Made by a program: the position numbers and the translations under genes. Shown piece by piece: positions 35,513 through 37,342 of a stretch of DNA of 37,342 nt. The number at the start of each line of letters is the position of its first letter. Position 1 is the first letter of the stretch. The DNA is from Acidimicrobiia bacterium (GTDB lineage: Bacteria; Actinomycetota; Acidimicrobiia; Spongiisociales; JAENVV01): assembly GCA_041577335.1 (NCBI GenBank), contig JBFGJH010000028.1, forward strand, positions 1-37,342, written 5' to 3'. The notes below the pieces were generated by a model, which saw only the letters and a list, made by a program, of their open reading frames with translations, had not been told where the DNA came from and ran no database searches.

Positions 35513-37342
35513 GCGGCGGCCTCGCCGGCGAAGCGTCGTACGTGGCGGGTACGAGCTCGTTTCTCGTGGGCCTGCGGCCTCAGGAAGCGCTCGCCACGCC
35601 CCTGGCTGTGCTGCTCGACATTCTCCGCGAGCGTTTCGGAAACGTCGTCGACGTTGCACTGTCCCGTGAGGCGGTCGACCTTTCCACGCCACTCCCCGAA
35701 CTCCCCGATCCCGTCCGCTCCCCGCGATTGGGCGAATCGGACAGTTCGTGGTTGCAGCGGACGAACATGGTGGGCGTCAACGTCCGCACCGTCACCGACT
35801 ACGGCGGCGTCATCAAATATGCCATGACCCTTCCCGAGGCGTTCGACTCGATCCACCAACTTCCGATATGGGAGCCGGGGGTGGTCGAGTCGCTGTATGG
35901 GATATCCGGGTGGAACCTGAACACTCGATTCTTCTCGCCGGAGCTGCACGCCGAGGCGGAGCACCTCGATTCCGTGGAACGCCAGCTGCGTGCCGTCTCC
36001 AACCTGATCCATGTGATGGGAAAGACCCTCGGTATGGACGTCATCCCCCACACCGACCGCTTCTCGGAGGTGGTGCTCGGCTCGCCGGATCTCTTCGAGT
36101 GGATGCGTGTGGTTGATCGCGAAATCGTTGACCATTCCGACGGCCTGATCAATGTCGTTGGGGACGCAATCTATGATTGGCTCGCCGTGAACGGGCCAGT
36201 TGGCACCGAGGTGGTGATGCCGACCGATCGGGCGGCGCTGTTCTCGATGACCGAAGAGGCACGTCTCAGCGCCCTGTTCGGCGAACCGAACGACCGCTTT
36301 GGCCGCACGGAGCGACGTGTCGCCCTCATCCGCCATTTGAAACGTCACGGCCTCGAGCCTGTGCCGGCGACCATGGGCGTCCCATTTCGCGGTATCGCTG
36401 TCGATCCTGATCCCGAACGCGTCGTTGTGGACGAGCTTGGATTGGAGTGGCCCGACTATGTGATTGCCCGGCCCGAACTCATGTCTCGGGTGTTCTCACC
36501 GCTGGCTCGGTACAAGCTGTATGAAGGAGTCGACGACAATCGCGATTGGCAGATCGATTTCGAACGGCCCCGCCGGCACGTTTGGGACTACGTGTGCGAC
36601 CACTACGCACGTATCGACCATGTCGGGAACTTCGACTTCATGCGCGGCGACATGTCGCACGTGCAGATGAGACCTGAGGGAGTTCCCGGCCACGTCGACG
36701 AGTACTACGACATCCTGGCGACCGTCAAGACCCACATCCAAAAGACCGCCGAGGCACCGTGGTTCGGATATTTCGCCGAGACATTCCTTCCTGCTCGAGA
36801 CGTGTTCCAGTTTGGGGAAGAGCTCGACCACCTCGAAGCGTCGCTAGCCGACGCCACGCTCGGCGACCTGCAATCCACCGTGGTCGGGAGCAACGAGTTC
36901 CTTCGGCGCTTCCGCCGCTACCTGGACGATCTGCAAACTCGCACCTGCGCTCCCGCCTTTTGCATCGGAACCGCTGACAAGGACGATCCGCGATTCGACG
37001 AGTTCTACCGGGCAGGCAACGAGGTCCGGCTGTTCACGGCGCTGCTCGTGCCCGATATGCCGTCCTACACCGGCCTCGGATTCGAGATACGCGACGTCCA
37101 CGAGGAGCCCGTCGAGAATGAACGGTATACGAAGCTCTTCGTGTTCAAAGAGACGGGGCAAACCAACGTCTACCCGTCGAAGGCGCGGTTCAGCGACGAG
37201 TACAAGTGGGGAAGCAACGATCAGCTGTTCAGGAACGTGACAGCGATCCGCCAGTACGCCGAGGGCGTGCTGCCCACGATCGGCTCGACAACGACACGGT
37301 GGCTGATTCCTCCCGACGCCACCACACTGCGAGGAACCGCCA
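35509..37342 (+). CDS. divergent GH13 (alpha-amylase-like) TIM-barrel glycoside hydrolase, 3' end outside window
   Basis: No stop in this frame from 35509 to the end (more than 610 aa; absent from the ORF track); HQLPIWEPG..SLYG, MGKTLGMDVIPH, FDFMRGDMSH, YFAE, TADKDDPR. Confidence 0.72.
   Translation, partial: MSGGLAGEASYVAGTSSFLVGLRPQEALATPLAVLLDILRERFGNVVDVALSREAVDLSTPLPELPDPVRSPRLGESDSSWLQRTNMVGVNVRTVTDYGGVIKYAMTLPEAFDSIHQLPIWEPGVVESLYGISGWNLNTRFFSPELHAEAEHLDSVERQLRAVSNLIHVMGKTLGMDVIPHTDRFSEVVLGSPDLFEWMRVVDREIVDHSDGLINVVGDAIYDWLAVNGPVGTEVVMPTDRAALFSMTEEARLSALFGEPNDRFGRTERRVALIRHLKRHGLEPVPATMGVPFRGIAVDPDPERVVVDELGLEWPDYVIARPELMSRVFSPLARYKLYEGVDDNRDWQIDFERPRRHVWDYVCDHYARIDHVGNFDFMRGDMSHVQMRPEGVPGHVDEYYDILATVKTHIQKTAEAPWFGYFAETFLPARDVFQFGEELDHLEASLADATLGDLQSTVVGSNEFLRRFRRYLDDLQTRTCAPAFCIGTADKDDPRFDEFYRAGNEVRLFTALLVPDMPSYTGLGFEIRDVHEEPVENERYTKLFVFKETGQTNVYPSKARFSDEYKWGSNDQLFRNVTAIRQYAEGVLPTIGSTTTRWLIPPDATTLRGTA

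Noticed and set aside
35119..36348. 409-aa minus-strand ORF
   Set aside because: Codon-aligned antisense shadow of the GH13-like gene.
1..37342. tRNA, rRNA, CRISPR array, transposase, integrase or prophage
   Set aside because: No repeat-spacer periodicity, cloverleaf signatures or recombinase motifs seen by eye; dedicated scans were not run.

Overview
High-GC bacterial chromosomal segment. Gene content (LLM/F420-type oxidoreductase, LigC, DUF6328, tandem USP) and many leaderless TANNNT-N6/7-ATG starts suggest an actinobacterium, possibly Acidimicrobiia-like (inference). The left third holds an alpha/beta hydrolase, thrC and a complete nine-gene V/A-type ATP synthase operon in the order D-G/H-I-K-E-C-F-A-B, with subunit D moved to the front. 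The remainder is a mosaic of stress, membrane and housekeeping genes. The most unusual items are: an orphan Hcp-like (T6SS tube fold) gene with no other secretion genes nearby; an in-frame GNAT + LPG_synthase_TM fusion that sits with a ceramidase-like (CREST) protein and a PlsC-like acyltransferase, a candidate lipid-remodelling locus; an RRM gene with a strongly structured 5' leader; an internally deleted, frameshifted VOC pseudogene; and a divergent GH13-like gene that runs off the right edge, is missing from the ORF track, and is preceded by a coupled 33-aa upstream ORF. I saw no tRNA, rRNA, CRISPR array or transposase. All family assignments come from motif recognition, not database searches.
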